Source: a virus
Taxonomy: Duplodnaviria; Caudoviricetes
Strand: one strand, 5' to 3'
Length of the DNA stretch: 36,959 nucleotides
Virus record (IMG/VR): IMGVR_UViG_3300045132_000109
Span: 1-36,959 of that record
Below the pieces are notes generated by a model. That model was given only the letters and a program-made list of their open reading frames with translations. It searched no databases and was not told the origin of the DNA. Of this stretch, positions 34,038 to 36,959 are shown in pieces. Every line of letters begins with the position of its first letter. The first letter of the stretch is position 1. A program made the translations under genes and the position numbers.

Positions 34038-34626
34038 CTGGCACGGTCAGCGCGCCGTCATCGTCGCCAGCGGCCCGAGCGCGGTAGAGCAGCCTATTGA
34101 CTTAGTGCATGGCCGAGCCCGATGCGTCGCCATCAACAACAGTTGGCGGCTCGCGCCGTTCGCGGACGTGCTTTACGCCAGCGATGAAGCATGGTGGCGC
34201 GAAAACGACCATGCCGGCTTCGCTGGACTTCGTGTGAGCCGAAGTGACGTTGATGGTGTTCTGCGGGTGGCTATCCGCGACAGGGGGCGCCCGCGTCGCG
34301 ATGAAATGCAGCTCGATACACCCGGTCTGATTGGGGCGGGTGGCTGCTCTGGATTTCAGGCGCTCAATCTCGTTGCTCAGTTCGGCGCGACGGACATTGC
34401 CTTGGTTGGCTTCGATGCCCGAGTCGACAATGGTGTGCATTGGCACGGCAAGCACAAGCGCACCGGCAATCCTACGCGCTGGACTGCCGCAGCTTGGGTG
34501 GCAAATCTTGATGCCGCAGCTTCGGCATTGTCCGCCCGGGGTATCCGCGTTGTGAACTGTTCGCCGGTTAGTGCGCTAACGGCATATGAGAAGACGGGGC
34601 TTGAGGAATGGCTTGGATACGAGTGA
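34015..34626 (+). CDS. MptE/Maf/sialyltransferase-like (DUF115-type) nucleotide-binding protein
   Basis: AVIVASGPS, AINNSW, SGFQALNLVAQFGATDIALVGFD, VVNCS. Confidence 0.7.
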   Translation: MTPTWYPDWHGQRAVIVASGPSAVEQPIDLVHGRARCVAINNSWRLAPFADVLYASDEAWWRENDHAGFAGLRVSRSDVDGVLRVAIRDRGRPRRDEMQLDTPGLIGAGGCSGFQALNLVAQFGATDIALVGFDARVDNGVHWHGKHKRTGNPTRWTAAAWVANLDAAASALSARGIRVVNCSPVSALTAYEKTGLEEWLGYE

Positions 34627-34874
34627 CCGAACCGTGGGAATGGTCGCCTAAATATGGGGTGACCATGGTCTACAAGCCGGGCACATATAATGTGCCATCG
34701 GCATGCGCCACGCTTGCGGTAGCCGCTGGTAAAGCCGTTCGGATGCGGAAGCCCAGCCGGGATGAGGAGCCGACATGCGCCCATGTTGAAACGCGCGAAA
34801 GCGCTGAGGATGGTTGGGCAAAGGTCGAGCGCGTTGGTGAACCTGCCTTTCTGATCGAGGCCCCCGGTGGGTAG
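34608..34874 (+). CDS. Hypothetical virion-region protein
   Basis: MAWIRVTEPWEWSP...YKPG...AVAAGKA; overlaps its neighbours. Confidence 0.65.
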   Translation: MAWIRVTEPWEWSPKYGVTMVYKPGTYNVPSACATLAVAAGKAVRMRKPSRDEEPTCAHVETRESAEDGWAKVERVGEPAFLIEAPGG

Positions 34875-35205
34875 CGGCGACCTCCACGAAAAATTCACCA
34901 TCCGCCGCGCAACGCTTGTTGACGACGAATGGGGTGGCCAGACAGAAACATGGGCCGACTACCTGACTTGCGCTGCGTCCATCACGTTCAGTCGCGGTGG
35001 CGAGGCTGTCATTGCGGCCCGCCTCCAAGCCCAGCAACCGGCGATCCTACGCATTCGCACCAGCGCTGCGGCACGCGACATCAAGCCCACCGACAAAGCC
35101 GTGAATGCGCGCACGGGTGAGGTGTTCAATATTCGTGAGGATCCGCGCGAGGCGCGGGATTCGCGGGGGTATCTGGAGTTTCTGATACAGGCGGGCATCC
35201 CATGA
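34867..35205 (+). CDS. Head closure protein (SPP1 gp16-like)
   Basis: GDLHEKFTI...DDEWGG...W...GGEAVIAARL; GTG start. Confidence 0.85.
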   Translation: MGSGDLHEKFTIRRATLVDDEWGGQTETWADYLTCAASITFSRGGEAVIAARLQAQQPAILRIRTSAAARDIKPTDKAVNARTGEVFNIREDPREARDSRGYLEFLIQAGIP

Positions 35206-35621
35206 AAATTCTGAACATGGAGCGCCTCAAGCGCAAACTGGCGCGCATACCTGACAAGGTGAAGCAGCGCGCGCAGGCTGACCTCATGCTGGCCGGGCGA
35301 GAGATCAACATGCTCCAGCGGTCGCTTGCGCCATTCGAGGATGGAACGCTGCGTGCATCCATCAGGACCGAGCCGCTTACGGACGGCACTGTCGGCGTTG
35401 AGATTAAGGCCGGCGGCCCGACAACGACGAAGTCGGTGCGCAACAGCGAGAAAGGCAACGCCCCGCAGTACGACTATGCTATCGGGCAGGAACTAGGCAC
35501 AAAAGACATGCCGCCGAATCCGTTTTTCTGGCCCGGCTACAAAGCCCGAAAGCGGCGCGCATTGAGCCGCGTCCGGCAAGGTTGGAAGCGATCTTTGAAA
35601 GAGGCGGCGTCCGATGGGTAG
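35202..35621 (+). CDS. HK97 gp10-family tail component
   Basis: APFEDGTLRASI...ELGTKDMPPNPFFWPG. Confidence 0.85.
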   Translation: MKILNMERLKRKLARIPDKVKQRAQADLMLAGREINMLQRSLAPFEDGTLRASIRTEPLTDGTVGVEIKAGGPTTTKSVRNSEKGNAPQYDYAIGQELGTKDMPPNPFFWPGYKARKRRALSRVRQGWKRSLKEAASDG

Positions 35622-36006
35622 CCCCAACCTCCCGCTACAAGCCTCGTTGGTGTCGACCATCCGCGGACTCAACACGGCAGCCGGCCAGCGTGTCTACAGC
35701 GCAATCTCTGAAGGATCGCAGGCCTACCCTTACGTGCAGGTCTGGCCGGGATTTGAGAATCCGATTGACGAGGATTGTTGGGACCGCACCGAGTCGACCA
35801 TGCAGGTTGATGTGTGGGCGGACACCACGACTTACATCACCACGAAATCTATTGCCGCGGCGATCCGCAATGCCCTGCATGAGCAGAGTCTGACGATCGC
35901 CGGCCACACAGTCGACCGCATCCGCGTCGAGTCCATCACTTACAGCAACGACCCGCCGCTTTACCGCGCGCGCATGTCGATCAGCATCGAAACGCAGCCG
36001 TCGTAA
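35614..36006 (+). CDS. Tail completion/terminator protein (DUF3168-like)
   Basis: RVY...YPYV...QVDVW...IAAAIRNALH. Confidence 0.82.
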   Translation: MGSPNLPLQASLVSTIRGLNTAAGQRVYSAISEGSQAYPYVQVWPGFENPIDEDCWDRTESTMQVDVWADTTTYITTKSIAAAIRNALHEQSLTIAGHTVDRIRVESITYSNDPPLYRARMSISIETQPS

Positions 36007-36059
36007 GCGGCTTCCCACTACATAGGCTGCCATGAGCGGCCATTTTTATGGAGGCTGCC

Positions 36060-36149
36060 TTGGCGGTCACGAAGCAATTGCTCATTCAATTCTCCGATGG
36101 CGCAAGCCCGGAGGTGTTCACTCACTCTTGCACCATCAATCCGTGCTGA
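36060..36149 (+). pseudogene. Truncated major tail (tube) protein, 5' fragment
   Basis: GGAGG RBS + TTG; MAVTKQLLIQFSDGASPEVFTHSCTIN then an early stop; sits at the expected tail-tube position. Confidence 0.65.
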
Positions 36150-36523
36150 TTTACAAGCCGGATGAGCCTCGCGTCGGTGAATACATAATGACCGCATATT
36201 GGTGCCATGAGCGCGATGGGTTTGTACCGGTCGGCGGCATCCATAAGCAGGGCTACTATTCAGAGTGGGCAGGGTGCGATCAAGGCTATCCAACCCACTG
36301 GATGCCGCTCCCTGCTGCGCCAGCAGATAAGGCGCCAACCGACTGGATTGAATGGAAGGGCGGCGAGTGTCCTGTGTCCGAGGACACGGTTGTTGAAATC
36401 CATCTGCGCTGCGACGAGCGAAATGAAGGCCCTGCGCGCGGCTTTGAATGGAGCCACGACATAGCGCGTTTCGGCTACGAGGGTGACGACGACATCATCG
36501 CCTACCGCGTGGTGCAGTCGTGA
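36141..36523 (+). pseudogene. 3' fragment of a DUF551-like phage protein
   Basis: SVLIYKP...AYW...PTHWMPLPAAP and WIEWKGGECPV...DDDIIAYRVV; no own start or RBS. Confidence 0.55.
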
Positions 36524-36684
36524 AGCCCGACCAGCAACCCGCCTTCTGGAACGAATACACGCCGCCGGCAAGTGCTGTCGCGGAACTGGTCCAGCGGCCC
36601 GCGCACACAGTCGACGGCTACGCCTTAGCCGCAGCGTACATACGCGATGCTCGGTGGGCCAATAAAGAGGACACTAAAACTTGA
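36520..36684 (+). CDS. Small hypothetical protein
   Basis: GTGA overlap with the previous ORF and TTGA overlap with the next. Confidence 0.4.
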   Translation: MKPDQQPAFWNEYTPPASAVAELVQRPAHTVDGYALAAAYIRDARWANKEDTKT

Positions 36685-36959
36685 CCCCCACCAACCTACA
36701 ACTCGCCGTCGAGGCTTACCGTACCCACAAATCCAAACAAGCCGCCGCCGACTCCTTGGGCTGGACGCGAAGCAAGATGCGCCGGCATTTGCACCGGGCG
36801 GCGGAGCGCGGGCTTATGGGGCCTGCGGAGACGCTGCCGGGGTATGCGATACGGCAGATGACCAGCAAGATGCCGGACGGCACGATTGTGCAGCAGCGCA
36901 AGGCGGCTGGCCCGGCTTACGAGCCGCTTGAAGGCATGGCGCTGAAAGGGCGCACGACT
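36681..36959 (+). CDS. HTH-containing phage protein, runs off the window end
   Basis: AGAGG RBS + TTG; AVEAYRTHKSKQAAADSLGWTRSKMRRHL; open to 36959. Confidence 0.6.
   Translation, partial: MTPTNLQLAVEAYRTHKSKQAAADSLGWTRSKMRRHLHRAAERGLMGPAETLPGYAIRQMTSKMPDGTIVQQRKAAGPAYEPLEGMALKGRTT

Larger units (their letters stand above)
1..36959. mobile_element. Temperate siphovirus-like prophage (HK97-type head), probably tail-defective; alphaproteobacterial host
   Basis: Continuous integrase-immunity-replication-packaging-head gene order with no host genes; att sites lie outside the window. Confidence 0.95.

Noticed and set aside
36032-36140. N-terminus of the 163-aa ORF 36032-36523
   Set aside because: Off-frame read of the tail-tube 5' end; the ORF is probably a deletion chimera

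Overview
The whole window is the left ~37 kb of a lambdoid/HK97-type temperate prophage. A rhizobial-type GTTC-N7-GTTC LexA box, a DUF982 gene and the gene content point to an alphaproteobacterial host, probably Rhizobiales. It starts exactly at the integrase stop codon, so no att site is visible. Order: tyrosine integrase and leftward early operon (1-5.2 kb); immunity region with PL, a LexA-boxed small gene, an S24 CI repressor and PR (5.2-6.7 kb); rightward recombination/replication operon (Sak4-like ATPase, SSB, phage beta-clamp, Cas4-like nuclease, SF2 helicase, Gp157, three DNA methyltransferases, primase-helicase, VRR-NUC, putative late regulator; 6.7-25.4 kb); a structured ncRNA with four tRNAs and a peptide/XRE cassette (25.5-26.6 kb); HNH, terminase, portal, S49 protease, HK97 capsid and head-tail genes (26.7-36.0 kb). 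The major tail gene appears truncated after ~27 codons and fused to unrelated DNA. The most interesting unannotated signals are: (1) a recurring RNA element (GC hairpin with an ACCA loop, ACCAC tail, then GAGGAG RBS) before most non-coupled early genes, with a CsrB-like multi-copy version in the PR leader; (2) genome-encoded ssrA-tag mimics (ANDN motifs and C-terminal AA) on many early proteins; (3) a C5 methyltransferase split over two fully overlapping frames; (4) clamp-binding-like motifs on all three methyltransferases next to a phage-encoded beta-clamp. All family calls come from motif recognition by eye; no searches were run.
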